Positions 32,859 to 46,789 of a stretch of 64,000 bases of DNA are shown here, in pieces. Within the stretch, counting starts at the first letter, position 1. Every line of letters begins with the position of its first letter. The position numbers were made by a program, and so were the translations under genes. The stretch covers positions 195,362,001 to 195,426,000 of the forward strand of contig OZ024740.1 of the NCBI GenBank assembly GCA_964016885.1. Reading direction: 5' to 3'. The notes beneath the pieces were generated by a model, which ran no database searches, was not told the DNA's origin, and worked only from the letters and a program-made list of their open reading frames with translations. The DNA is from Eledone cirrhosa. Lineage: Eukaryota.

Positions 32859-35065
32859 CCCCTTGCTCCCTAACAATGTGTATAGTTATGACATTAAAAT
32901 GTCAATGAAAGTCAAAGCATGACATGAGTCATTTATTTACACTTAACATTGGTAGTCGAATCATGACTAGGCATCATATGGTAGTACTCGTTTTTTTTAT
33001 GTAAAATAATCAGTGATTGGATGAATTAGGAAACTATTTTTATTTTAAACCAATCATAGAGTGTTTTATAAATAAATTTTAAATATAAAGGCACGGCGTT
33101 GCAATTAATTATTCCCTTTTTAAGAGAGAGAGAGATAGAGCAAAACGTTTTAATAATGATCATTTACATCAACAAATATGGAATCAGAAAATGAAAGTGA
33201 AACTTTTTTCAAAGGTTTTACTAAAACTGATTTAGTTAAAGAGCAAAAGAAATATGATTCTTTTATTGAAAATGAACAGAATTTATCAGACATTGATTTA
33301 ATGTCAGAATCTGAGTCTGATGATGATATATCGATGAATTCAAGTGAAAATGAAGACAATAGCGAACCCACGTTGGAATGGAGCAAGAAATTTTCTGAAG
33401 TTGATGTTAATACATTCAGAGAAAATCCTGTATTGGTAAATATTTGGGATGCTGAGAAGAAAGAACTAAATTTTTTCTTTAAAATATTTAATAGGGATTT
33501 GTTCGATATGCTGGCAATCAAAACAAACAATTATGCTGAAACAAAAGGCCCTGATCAGAAATGGCAAAACACAACTGCTTCAGAAATGAGGGCTTTATAT
33601 TACGTTTCAGATAGTGATGAAAGTTGTTTCTATCCCTAATCAGGACATGTATTTTTTAAAAGATAATTTATTCCAGTCAACAGGGATCAGGGAAATGATT
33701 ACAAGGGTCAGACTGGACAAACTAAACCAATTATTCCATAATGCAGATGTCACAAAGAATTCAGCATGTGGTCACCCTGACCACGACAAACTTGCCCATG
33801 TTCTGCCATTTATTGAAAATATTCATGAGAACTTGAAGTCACAGTATAGTCCACACTGTGAAACATCAATTGATGAAGGTATGGTTACTTTCACTGGATG
33901 ACTTGGCTTCAGATAATATCTTCCACTAAGCGTGGGATAAAAGTGTGGATGTGGGCTGTTCCACACAACGGCTATGTAAATGACTTCCAAGTATATACAT
34001 GGAAAGTCCCAAATCAATCAGAACAAGGACTTGGAGAAAGAGTTGTGAAGGACCTCACAAAGTACATATGGGGGGAAAATTACCTTGTGTATTGTGATAA
34101 TTATTTCTCCTCTGTCAAACTCATTCAGGAACTTTTTAAAAATAGGACCTATGCTTGCAGCACAATAAGAAAAAATAGAAAAAACATGCCAGAAGCTGTT
34201 ACATTGGCAAAATTGAAATAACAAGGTGATACAATCCAGAGGTAAAAAGGGAACCTGGTGAAAACAGCCTGGAATGAGAAGAGGTCTATGCCACTGCTGA
34301 CCACAAATTCCAGTCCCAATGATTTTACATGTATCCAGCAAAAAGAAAAGACCAAGGAACACAGCATTGTGCCATGTCAAAAGGCAGTAAGAGAATACAC
34401 AGAGCACATGAACGGAGTGGACTTGCAGACTGGTTGAAAGCCAACTACTGCATTGGAAGGAAGTCAAATAAATGGTGGAAGTATTTGTTTTATTTTGTCG
34501 ATAATTTGGATATATGTTCATCATTTGTATTGATGAAAGAATCTCCAAACCATAAACTCCTGTCTAGAAAAGGCAAGGAAAAAAATGTACCCAGCTGAGT
34601 TTCAGAATGAACCAGGTCCATCAACTTATTGAGGATTATTCCTATAAAATGCCTTTGGAAGAAATTCCCCAGGTCCAGGGTGCTATGCACTGGCCTGTAG
34701 ACTTAGGGAAAAAGAAAGATTGTAAGCAGTGTTTCAAACAAAATATTAGAAGGAACCAAAAACAGGCTGTGATCAATGCAAGATAAGTCTCTGTATTAAC
34801 TGTTTCAAGTCCTATCTAATTTGGAACATTTCCTTGAAAAGTATATGTTGATATGTTTTTTGCTTACATTTTATTATATTAAATAGTTTATTTTATTTAA
34901 TAATCAATAAATATAATGACATTTTTTACAATATCCTTTAGAAACTTCAGTTTGGAATCTTCACTGAAAATGTTGTGCTTTTATCTTAACAATTTATCAA
35001 CTTAGAGCCATTTTGGTATGGTCATGTTAAAAAACTATTGAACTATTTGGCTTAGGGAGGTAGTG
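32859..35065 (+). mobile_element. Degenerate near-full-length piggyBac transposon
   Basis: Consecutive broken ORFs 33178-34598 carry piggyBac motifs (SIDEGMV, GIKVWM, VYCDNYFSS, ACSTIRKNRK, KWWKYLF) and a Cys-rich tail near 34720-34805. Decayed TIRs CCCCTTGCTCCCTAA (32859) and TTAGGGAGGTAGTG (35052). Confidence 0.82.
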
Positions 35066-35767
35066 TCAAAACAAAAGATGGTTAGTGCCACAAGGCAAAA
35101 ACTTTGATATCAAACTCACTGGAACTGGCCCTGGTTCTATGAAATAGAAATGTTTATATTTATATTAAAAAAAAACTTTTATCAGAATTTTATGTAAGAA
35201 ATTATGTTAACTAATGCTCCAAACACCAGCTTAGTAATTTTCCAAAACACCCCAAATTCTTTATTTCTTCTAAAATTATTTGGAAATTATGGGCAGTGTT
35301 TTTCACAAGAAATATAGTGGTGCTTTTGGTGGTAGTGGTGGTGGTGGTAGTGGTGACAGTGATGGTGGTGGTGGTAGCAGCAACAGCAATAATAACAGAA
35401 ACAGAGTGGTAAATTAGATGGTATTAGTTATGCCGTTGCTAATTTATATATTTATGTAGGAAATAGTTTCTATTACATTTAGTTATTTACTTTTTACAGA
35501 AAAATTGATATAAAGCAATAAGGAAATGAAGAGAAGGAAAATAAAATAAAAAATAAAAGATGAAATTAAATAAGGAAATGTAGGGAAGAGGGGAGGGAAC
35601 AACAGATTCTACACCTCAGACTGAGTAGTATCTCTCAGCTGCATCCTGCAGACAAAATGGCAGAGGCATTGCCATGGAAAATGGCCAGCAACACCCGCTG
35701 TAACAGCCACTCCACCTCATGGGGTTTTTTTTCTGAGAAAGTTAACATTTCATATAACACACATCTG

Positions 35768-36315
35768 CAGTCAGTCAGCCAACCACCTAGTCAATCTAAG
35801 GCAACCAACCAACCTGTCAGCCAACCAACCAATCAGTCAGCCAGCCAACCACCCAGTCAGTCATCCAACCAGCCAACCACGCAGCCAGCCTTCCAGCCAA
35901 CCACCCAGTTTGTCAGTCAGCCAGCTGGTCAGTCAACCAACTGGTCAGTCAACCAACTGGTTAGTCAACCAACTGGTCAGTCAACCAGCTGGTCAATCAA
36001 CCAGCCAGCCAGTCATTCAGTTAGCCAGCTGGTCAGTCAGTTAGCCAGCTGGTCAGTCAACCAGCCAGCCAGTCATTCAGTTAGCCAGCTGATCAGTCAA
36101 CTACCCAGCCTGCCAACTAGTCAGTTAATCAGTCAGCCAGCCTGTCAACCAGTCAGTCAAAAACCCAGCCTACCAACCAGTTAGTCAGCCAGCCAGCAGG
36201 CCTGCCAGCCTGCAAACCAACCAGCCAGTCAACAACCCAGCCAGCCAGCCAGCCAGCCAGCCTAGAAGCCTGCCAACCAGCCAGTCAGTCAGTCAGTCAA
36301 CCTTACCCAGCCAGC
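35768..36315. repeat. Degenerate tetranucleotide repeat (CAGC/CAAC/CAGT)n
   Basis: Continuous imperfect 4-bp periodicity; explains the low-complexity SQP ORF. Confidence 0.85.
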
Positions 36316-37069
36316 TCTAGACAAATGCAACAAATCTTGGCAGTTTAAATTGTAGTGGAAAGGAAACACTGGAGTTTTCAATAAACATTTCACATTTTGA
36401 TTTTGATTTTTTTTATCACATACATTTTTTTATTATTTTTTCATCATATTTATTTTTTATTGAATTTTTACTTCTATTTTTTTTTTCTATTTTTTACTCG
36501 ACAAATTACATGGTGCCTAGTAATTATAAACTATTAATGAACAACAAGTGGGCTATATATATATTTTTTTCTTTTTTCTTTAACAAGTAAAGTAAAGCAA
36601 AGGCAGTGATTGAGCTGGGAGGGGTTGGGTAGAGGTGTGGGCATCGGACATGATGCTGGGGTGAATGAGAGTGTGATGAAAGTGATGTCTACCAAAAAAA
36701 AAAAAAAAATTTTTTAAATTAAAAATTAAATAAAATTAAATAAATTTTCAAGCTGTTTAATGAAGGGGAAGATAATAAATGAAATATATGGTTTATCAAT
36801 TTGAATGAAAAGCCAGCAATTCTGTTGTAGCATTAGAAACCTATTCATCTTCCCAGATTTTTATCATTTCACCAAATTTATATTTCCTCCATTCTGTTTT
36901 TATTTTCATTATTTTTTATTATTCTATATATGAGTTGTTTCTTGGGGGGGATGTTTTTTTTTACTTTCTTTGTTTCTTTCCTGTTTTACACACTTATTTT
37001 TCTTTGTAGAAAATATTATTTTATCAATAATGTATATATATATATATATATTTATTTACATGAATATAT

Positions 37070-37106
<37 letters not shown>

Positions 37107-37228
37107 TATAAATAAATACATAGCTGTCCAGCAGGGAAAATGAACCTGAGGCAGTAATGATATTGATGATGATAACATAATTATATCTATATATATATAT
37201 ATATATAAGTATACACAAACACATACAT

Positions 37229-38341
37229 AATAATAATGATAATAATAATGGTTTCTTTATTAGCCAGACAGGGCTCACATTAAGAAAAACATTTTAAATG
37301 GCACAGGACAGTACAAATGTGTTTTTTCGTGTAAAAAATATTTAACAAGCAAATTGTATGTAAATATTAAAATATTAATAACAAGAAAATTCCCTAATAG
37401 GGGGGAAACATTCCATTAGGGCAAGTGCCCCTTCCCAGTTATCCTACTCAAATTTACAGGCACATACTCAGAGCAAGCCCATTCACTTGAGCCATGCTCA
37501 CCACTCTCATCTACCTTTCAACATACTAGTTGGAAGGTAGCACTTCCCTCTCTACTCTGATTTTCTTCTTAAAGTGAAACCTAGAAAAGCTAATCAGGGC
37601 TTTGACAAAGAGGAAAGTACTTGTCTACAACTCTTTCAAATACATCCACCACACGACCTCTATTCCCATGGCCATCAGGCAAATAAAAACTACCTGCTTT
37701 CCTGGCTAAAGAAAGGCAACGAAGCAATCTTCATGTCCTGCAAATGCCAGCAGGTATTTGACAGAAGCCTACAAGTCATCAATATTCTTAACCACAATAC
37801 TCCCTTCCATACACCCCCATGCCTTTACACCCAGCCTCCAACTCCAGTCCACACCATTTTTGTACTGTAAAGTTACGCTGGTATCACAAAATGTATCCAG
37901 CCTACACTGTATAGTGGTCATGTAGATGTCACGACAAAAGTGCCCAGCCCACACTGTAAAGAGGTCATGGAGGAGTCACAACAAAAAGCACCCAGTACAT
38001 ACTGTAAATGTGGTTGGTGTTAGGAAGGACATCCAACTGTAGAAATTTAACTAGAAATGCTTCTATATGAGCAAAACACGGTCACCTGACCCAACTCAAA
38101 TGGGACAACCTGTCTAACCCATGCTAGCATGGAATGGACGTTAAACGATGATGATGATGATGATGATGATGGACAAGTTCATACTGGATGGTTTCATCAC
38201 CTTGTACACATCTTGGGCAGGCACAGCTGATGGCACTTCCATGCCTGTAGAGTTTATCTCAAACTGGCAATTCTCTGAAATTCTGGCCAGGGATTTCTGG
38301 AAGTTATCCATGGGCTCTGGACCAAAAGTCCTCCGGAAAAG
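37229..38341 (-). mobile_element. Old Tx1-clade 3' relic, split by an RTE 3'-UTR insert (37797-38170, +)
   Basis: Minus frames FRRTFGPEPMDNFQKSLA, DKLYRHG..CPRCVQGDET and HFKKKIRVEREVL..AQVNG align to the C-terminus of ORF 55475-58912; ends AATAAAGAAACC(ATT)n. Confidence 0.8.
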
Positions 38342-40705
38342 CAATAATAGTAATAATAAATAAGAGAAAATGATGGAATAATTCCAGATACAAAACATAG
38401 GTTTTAAGTAGTTAAATCAAGGGACTGGAAAAACATTTCGGAATTTAAGATGATGGAAATGTTACTTGAAGTGAGCAAAAACAAGGTGTATGTAAACCAT
38501 AAACAAATTAATATAATGCAAATGAAGAGAGAAAATCTGTCTCTAAAACATCTTAGATCAATATTTTGTTTTTGTTATTTTTCATTTTTGTTGTTTTTTG
38601 GCTGATTTTAATTTGTTATATTTAATCTTCGTTTTTTTATTGTTTTTTGGGGGGAGGGAGAGTAGAAGGGAAGGTTACTCCTCATTGAGGTAACTTCACT
38701 ATAGAAATTTGATAAGAAAAAAAGTATTTCTCAATTTCAGTTTCCCGTCTTTATTTTTGTGTATTGTAAATTTCAATTGCTCAATATCTTGTAAAATATC
38801 ATTCACTCTTCAATCGTTCTTGAACAGTAGAACAAGTAAACGGAAGAACACAGAACAAAATAGGGTGAAAAAAGAAGAAAACAAAGTTGGAGTCTAGGCA
38901 GACTGAGTAAATAAGATATTGTACCACCATCTGAAGAAGTGACAGCTTACATCATCATACATTACAATACACTACATCAAATTACTTCTGCTGCAATGTA
39001 TCAATGGTGCTTCCTCATTCTGCCATCACAGCAGTAAACAAATGTTTGATTTAGTCAACAGATTGGCAGAGTTATTAGTGTATAGGACACAATGCTTTGT
39101 AATATCTGTTTGGGTTCTCCGTACTCCAAGTTAAAACCCTGGCATGGTCAACTTTGACTTTCAACTTTTGAACATTAATAAAATAAAGTATCCATCCAGG
39201 ACAGAAGATAAGTAGAATTGCTTGAGCCTTAAAACGAGATGCTTCACAGTATTTGTTCTGGATCTTTGCATACTGAGTTAAAATGTCACCAAAATCACCT
39301 TTACCTTTCAATCTCTGATGTTGTGAAATGTCATCATCTGGCCCTTGCCAGCCATGCCACTCACCATGATGAACCTGCTGGAAGATTGCTCCTCTGGACT
39401 CTGGATGCAAACAGATGAGTTGGCCAGCTGTATATCACCTTGAAACCAATCATCGTGGTGAGCACAGGCCACAAAGAAATGGATCTGCATGCTGTAATGG
39501 TCAACCGAGGACTATTGAGCTTGAATTTTGTCACCTTAAGACATCAGATGACTCAAGGAGGAGGAGGAATAATCCAGGACAGAAGATTAGAGAAGATGCT
39601 TTGCAGTACTTGTTATTGATCTTTGTATTCTGAGTAATAGATTTAATCCCTTAACTGGTTTAACACCACTATCTGGTCCTTGACTACATTTAACAGAGTT
39701 TACTCTGTTGCAAGCATTTGGATCAGGTTTCTTGTTTGAAGATAACTTCCTTTTTTCCTGCTATCAGCCTTAGAAGTTATGAGTGCTGCTTTTCCTTCCC
39801 TGGCTAAGCAGTAATAAAAAGAAAAAAAAGCACCATACTGTCACTTTTATCAACACCCACTCTCTTATCCAGGTGTTACTTTTACCCTTCAATCTTGCAC
39901 AACTCTGCACAAACAGGAAACATCCATACTCAATACCTAGAAACCTCACACCAAACATAAACTGACCCTAATTAAAAGAGACAATGAGATGGGATAAAAA
40001 AAAACAAATCTTCAGCAGCAATAAAATATTTGAGAAAACAATATTGTCCCCAACCCTCCAGCTACATAATCATTATCATTACCATTAATACCATCATTGT
40101 TATCAGTCATTATCATTTTATGTCTGCTTTCCATGTTGGCATGATTACAGCCAGATGCCCTTCCTAATACCAACCACTTAACCACTTTACAGAGTGCACT
40201 GAGTGCATTTTATCATGGCACAAGAACTAGAGAGGTTAACATGTCCTCAGAAAGACTAGAGAGTCCTCTCAACCTTATGTTATCTTTGTTCATTCCCCTA
40301 ACTACTTTACAGGGTGTACATGGCATCAACATTAGAGAAGTGGCTTTGTCCCCTGCAAGATTGAGAGCTCTCTCTCTCTTCTCTTTACTATATGTTGTCT
40401 CTGTTCTTTAGAAGCAAATTTGTCTAAAGAGAAAGTGTGAGTGTGAGAGAGAAAACAGTCATGGGAATGAGAGGGTGTTGTGAGAGAAAGCAATGAAAGA
40501 GAGAGGGAGTGGTTTGAGGACAACTACTTCCTTCCTAGCACACTTGGGGGTCCTGATTAGGGTCATGGACACTGCTAGTCTTCTTGACTAACCAATATAT
40601 CCATAATAAAGTGCTAGAAAAAAGGCATGAACATTACACATTCTCTAAAAATTACACTCGTCATGTCTTTTTTTTTTTACTTAGATAAATGATAAATCTG
40701 AAATA

Positions 40706-40707
<2 letters not shown>

Positions 40708-40787
<80 letters not shown>

Positions 40788-40880
40788 TGTGTGTGAGTGT
40801 GTGCGTGTGTGTGTGTGTGCGTGTGTCTGAGTATGTGTGTGTGCACGTGTTTGAGTGTGTGTCTGTGTCAGTGTGTGTGC
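40708..40880. repeat. (TG)n microsatellite (one of many TA/TG/CA tracts)
   Basis: Direct reading. Confidence 0.95.
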
Positions 40881-41509
40881 TTATGTAACAAATCATATAA
40901 TATCCTGTCGAAGAAGATTTCTTTTCATCATAGTAATCTTGAAAGAAGAAATGTGTTCACTAAATACAAAAGGAAAAAAGTTGAACTTAGTCATTGATAA
41001 CAATCAGAGAATACAGGAAAGAAATTGTGATTAGAAAGGAAAAGAAAAGATAATAGTAAACAAAAAGATAATTATGGTTATCATCAATAGTTAAAAAATA
41101 TTGATTCATCTTTCTTCTTTCAGTTCATATTTATTCTTGTAATTGTACTTTTTTTCCTTTTATTTTCTTAGTTTTGGGGGCATATTTTTTTCATAGATTG
41201 TTCTCTCATTTATTTTCATTTATTTTATTCTTAAAATATGATTCGATAATTTTGAAAATTAGAAAATTACACCTGAGTAAAGATGTTTACTAGATGTCTT
41301 TTTTTTTTTTCTCATATTATATAAAATGCGAGTGTGTGTATATGTCTAAAGATGATTGCTTTACAAACACACGTGAATGAGATGTATATATATATCTATA
41401 TATCCCTTCATGAAAATATCTATATCGATATTATAGATTTGTATGATGATTCATATTATCACCCTCATCCTCATTTTATATTTGTTTTGTTTTTTATGCT
41501 GACATGGGT

Positions 41510-41540
<31 letters not shown>

Positions 41541-42278
41541 ACAAATTGAGACAGATGTGTTTGTGAGTGTATGTATATATATATATATATATATATATCC
41601 CACCCTTGCAAGCAGGGAAAAGCGGACGTAAAAAAAAAAAAATAAAAAAAAAATGCATGCACACACACACAACTATGTACATACAAACAGGCACATATAT
41701 GTGTGTGTGCGTGTGCACGTGAAGGTGCATGACTTAGTGGTTAGAGCGTTGAATTCACAATTGTGAAGTTGAGAGTTTGATTCCTAGACTGGGTTGTGTG
41801 TTGTGTTCTTGAGATAAAACTATTTCACATTGCTCCAGTTCACTCAGCTATAGAAAATAGTTGCAATTGCACTAGTGCCAAGCTGTATTATCCTTTGCTT
41901 TTCCTTTCGACAACATCAGTGATTTGAGAGGCTAGAATGCATGGGCAACTGCTGGTCTTCCACAAAAATACTTTGCCCAGACTTGTGCCTTGGAAGAGAA
42001 ACTTCTAAGACCCAAATCCCATGGTCATTTGTGACCGAAGGGGGTCTTTATATATATATATATCATCATCATCATCATCATCATCATCATATATATATAT
42101 CGTTTACCGTCCATCTTCCAATCAAGCATGGGTTAGACGTGTTTGTCCCACTTGAGGCAAAATAGGTCATATAGAACTGTTTCTGGCAAGTTTTCTACGG
42201 CTGGATGCTCTTCATAATGCCAACCACATTTACAGTGTGGACTGGATGCTTTTTGTTGTGTCTACTACATGACCACTT

Positions 42279-42329
<51 letters not shown>

Positions 42330-42332
<3 letters not shown>

Positions 42333-42630
42333 GATTATTCAAAAAAGTATTCAACTTTAGACTGGGGAAAGGATTACATACTTGGTGGGGTTCAGTTGGT
42401 AACTTCCTTTGAAGTAGGCTCATTGTGCCTCCATACACACACAGCCATTGCTCTCTCTCTCTCTGTAGTTCGAAGCATCTCAGGAATGTTTCTTCTTAAA
42501 AGGCTTGCAGCTCTACCACCACAGCCTGTGTGACATCCTCTCCACTCTCAAACCAGGAGCCATTCAGTGACATTCTTCATTTTTGGAAATGTCTAAATCA
42601 GAAGGAGCCATGTCTAGAGAGTAAGGAGAC
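42330..42630 (-). mobile_element. mariner 3' relic
   Basis: Minus strand encodes PYSLDMAPSD, followed by decayed C-terminus. Confidence 0.55.
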
Positions 42631-43499
42631 TGGCAAATGAAGGAAGTAATTTTTCTACAGCTAGATACCTTTCCTTACACCAAAACCATATGGTGACAAA
42701 GCAATATTCTTAATCACATATGTAATATATATATGTCTGTGTGTGTGTATACTCAAAGATTGTTTGCAAATTTTTACTAAAATAAAGTTAGGCATGAAAG
42801 AAGTATATGGAATTATCTACTGAACCATGCTCTAGGCTTGAAACATCAAATAATGATGCCAAAATATTATAAATAAAAATCATAAATACTAATCTACTTC
42901 TGCAACATATATACAAGACTATATAGTATGTGTGCATGTGTGTGTACAAACATAAAGGTGCGTGCATGTGTGTGTGTGTGTGTGTGTACACATATTTGGA
43001 TACATGAAGGTATTATAGCTCTATCTGTTTTGAATGGAATAATCTTGTTTGTTTGTTTAATCCATTCTATCACTAGCACTTAGTCATAGCTCTAAAATCC
43101 CTTTCATTCATTGTAAATACACACATATACCCAAATACATTGCAACTTAGACACAGGCATAGATATAACAACATACATATAGAGATCAATCAGGGTGAAA
43201 TAAAAATTCTTATTTAATTTTCACCTGACGTATAATCTTGGATAAAGAAGTTATCTGCCTTGGAGGAATCTACAGCTAAGAGTACTATAGTAGGTGGGAT
43301 TATTCAATATTAACTTGAAGAATTCAGTAAATCTGATGAATGACTCTTCACCTACTTTGCAAAAGTAAAAGAACTTTAAACAGGAATGTAATATTTATTG
43401 GGGCCTCTTCATCTGAGATATAATAAACACAAGAATAAAGAAAGCAAAGAAATCTTAGAGGCAAAGAGAAAACTAGCAAGAAATGAAATCAAAAACTAT

Positions 43500-46400
43500 A
43501 TCATCATCATCATCATCATTTTACGTCCGCTTTTCCCTGCTTGCAAGGGTGGGACGGGTCTTATTCAGCACAGCATCTCTCCACTCGTCACGGTCCCTCG
43601 TCATCTCCACCGTGAGCTTCAATGATCTGGGGTCTGTTCTCACCACCTCCGCCCATGTTTTTCGTGGTCTACCTCTACCACGTCTTCCTTCAACTGGCAT
43701 TTCCTGGCACTTCTTCACCCATCGGTCATCCTCCATGCACATCACATGTCCATACCACCTCAGTCTCCTCTCCCGTACACTACATTCTATCCCTCTCAGA
43801 CACAGTTTCTCTCTCAACACATTTATGTTGGGTCGTTCACGCACATTTACACTGCACATCCAACGGAGCATGCTTGCCTCATTTCTCTCCAGCCGTCGCA
43901 TATCCTCTGCGGTTGCTGCCCATGTCTCACTACCATGCAGCATCGCGCTCCTCACACAGGCATCATACAACCGGCCTTTCGTACGCAGGGAGAAACCCTT
44001 CTTCGTCAACAGAGGAAGCAGCTCCCTAAACTTCTTCCAACCCGTCCTTATTCTAGATACTATGGCCTCGGAACACCCTCCTCCCATGCTAATCTGATCT
44101 CCTAGGTACCGGAAGCTATCCACAACTTCTATAGCGCCCTCTCGCATTTGAAAAATGTGTCTATCAGTGCGACTTCTACTGTCTAATTTCCCTGTACATC
44201 TACTGCATACATATTTCTCCCTACCTGTTAGTTTGCCTGCTATCCCGCTACATCTCTTGTGTACCCAGGACCTGCATTGTGTGCATTTTATAGAATTTAT
44301 GCCAGTTCCTTTTCTGCATATCGAACATGGCCATTTCCCTGACGGAATCAGGGTTTTGTCCTCTTTTCTACTCATCAACACTTTTGTCTTAGCTAGATTT
44401 ACTCTCAGTCCTCTTGCTTCCAACTGCTGTTTCCATAGCCGGAATTTATTCTCTAGCTCCTCTACTGATTTTGCTATAAGAGCCAGATCGTCAGCATAGA
44501 GAAGTTCCCATGGACAGCCAGTCTTAAACTCCTCTGTTATGGCTTGGAGGACTATAATGAACAAGAGCGGGCTGAGGACCGAACCCTGATGTACTCCTAC
44601 TTGTATCTGGAATTCCTCACTAAACTCCATTCCTACCCTGACTTTACTGAGAGTACCTCTGTACAAAGTTTGCACTGTCCTCACAAGCCATTCCTCAACA
44701 CCTAGCTTCCTTAGGGACCACCAGATGACAGATCGGGGTACCCTATCAAAGGCCTTCTCTAGGTCAACAAAGGCTAAGTATAGTGGCTTATTCTTCTCTA
44801 AGAACCTCTCTTGCATTTGTCTCACCAAGAAGAGGGCATCTGTTGTACTCTTCCCAGGCACAAAACCAAACTGCATCTCATCTAGTTTGACCCTTTCTCT
44901 AATTAGTTGTGCTAAAATCCTTTCTGCCACTTTCATAACCTGATCTATCAGTTTTATACCCCTATAATTGCTCCTCTCCAAAGCATCCCCTTTACCTTTG
45001 TAGCAATTTATGAGAATACTGCTGCACCAGTCTTTGGGTATGACACCACCATATATAGCCTGATTGATTATGCGTGCAACCAGTTTAGTGCCTACGTCCC
45101 CTGATGCCTTCAGCATCTCAGCAACTATTCCCGATGGTCCGGCCGCCTTACCATTCTTCATTTCCCTAATCGCCTCTTGGACCCTATATTCGTCAATCTC
45201 AATAGCTTGTCCCTCTGTCGGATCTACCAAGGGTAATTTTTCTCTCTCCCATTCGTTCTCCACATTCATCAGTCTCTCATAATGACATTTCCAGGCCTCC
45301 TTTTTCTGGTCATTCGTGACACTAAGTACACCGGCATCATCCCGGACACATTTATCACCAACAACATCCTGATTTGCATTGACACACTGCCTTGCAATGT
45401 GGAACACCGCACGCCTCTGATCTTCCCGTCGCAGAACATTGGCAAACCTCCTACTCTCTGCCTCCCTGCGTGCTAAGTACACCTGGCGTCTAGCTTCTCT
45501 CTTAGTGGCCGTATATTCTTCCCTACTCCCACCCTTATTCCAAGCCTTCCATGCTAGTCTTTTGTCTCTAATAGCCTTATCTACACTGCTGTTCCACCAC
45601 CAGGTCACTCTCTGTCTGGTTGGAGCTCTGCTCCAGCCACAGGTTTCATCAGTAGCCTTCAGCAAGTTGTCACGTAAGAACTTCCAGTTATTATCTATGT
45701 CATACGTCTCTAAATCGTCTTCTTTTTCGTCATATACATCTTGAAGGGCTTTCCTAAATTTGAATTTTAGTGAAAGGTCTTTTAGCTTCCAGACCTTTCT
45801 TCTCCACACCTTCCTATATGTCTCATTCCATCTCTTGCTTACTGAGATATCACTAACAACTAACCTATGCTGTGGGGTACATTCTTCCCCAGGGTATGCC
45901 TTGGTATTAGACACTATCTGCCTGTCCCGCTGCCTAACTAGCAGGAAGTCAATCTGGCTTATGTGCTCACCAGATTTGTAGGTTATTAGGTGATTGGCAG
46001 GTTTCTGGAAGTTTGTGTTGCAAATAGTCAATGTACTTGCATCACAAAATTCAAGAAGTCTCACTCCTTCTTCATTTCTTGAACCATAACCGTGCCCACC
46101 ATGTACCCCAGTGTAACCATCCTGGAGCTGTCCAACATGACCATTGAAGTCTCCTGCTAGCATAACGATGTCTCCGTCCTCTGTCATTGTGGTTGTTTGC
46201 AAGAGTTGCTCATAAAAGCAGTCTTTCTCATCTTTGCCTAGGCCTGCTTGGGGAGCATAGACCGAGATGATTGTCAGTAGTCTCCTACCTACAGCTAATC
46301 TAAGCTTAATTATTCGATTACTAACTCGAACTACCTCTATTGTCTTATTGATCCATTTCTCAGCCAGGAAAATGCCTACTCCCCCTAACCCATCATCCTT

Positions 46401-46757
46401 ACCTACCCAGACTAGTCACGCAGAGGCACCTCTCCATCTCACCTCTTGCATGCAGCACACATCCACCTGCCTTCTCTCCAGCATCTCCGCTATTTCAGCA
46501 GATCTACCTCTGAGAGTGCCAACATTAAGTGTTGCAACTCTGAGATGCGACGTCTTCATATTTTGTTGTTGTTCCTATGCTGTTTTGTTGCTGTGCTGAT
46601 AAGCTTTTTGGCATTGATACACTGGTTGGATGCCCTTCCTAACACCAGCGCCACTTTACAGCATGGACTGGGTGCTTTTATTTGTGCCACCAGCACTAGA
46701 GAGGATGTCTTACTAGACTCAAGGGCCCTCTCTACCCCTCCATTTTACAGCATCGTC

Positions 46758-46760
<3 letters not shown>
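43500..46760 (-). mobile_element. Near full-length RTE-clade LINE (no-3'UTR sub-family)
   Basis: ~200-bp 5' UTR, single ORF from ATG 46559 to TAA 43521, then (GAT)n tail. Confidence 0.93.
43521..46559 (-). pseudogene. RTE ORF (APE + RT + C4HC3 finger), 1013 codons with one internal TGA at codon 48
   Basis: MKTSHLRVATLNVGTL...CCMQEVRWRGASA*LVWVG...SVYAPQ...AGDFNGHVG...YADD...PTLASREKRT; TGA at 46416-46418; otherwise open. Confidence 0.88.

Positions 46761-46789
<29 letters not shown>

Noticed and set aside
35657-36184. 175-aa SQP-rich ORF as a mucin-like gene
   Set aside because: It is read-through of a degenerate tetranucleotide repeat.
43333-43360. CTGATGA near 43333 (and CTGAAGA near 38931) as hammerheads
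   Set aside because: No stem II followed by GAAA and no closing stem I.
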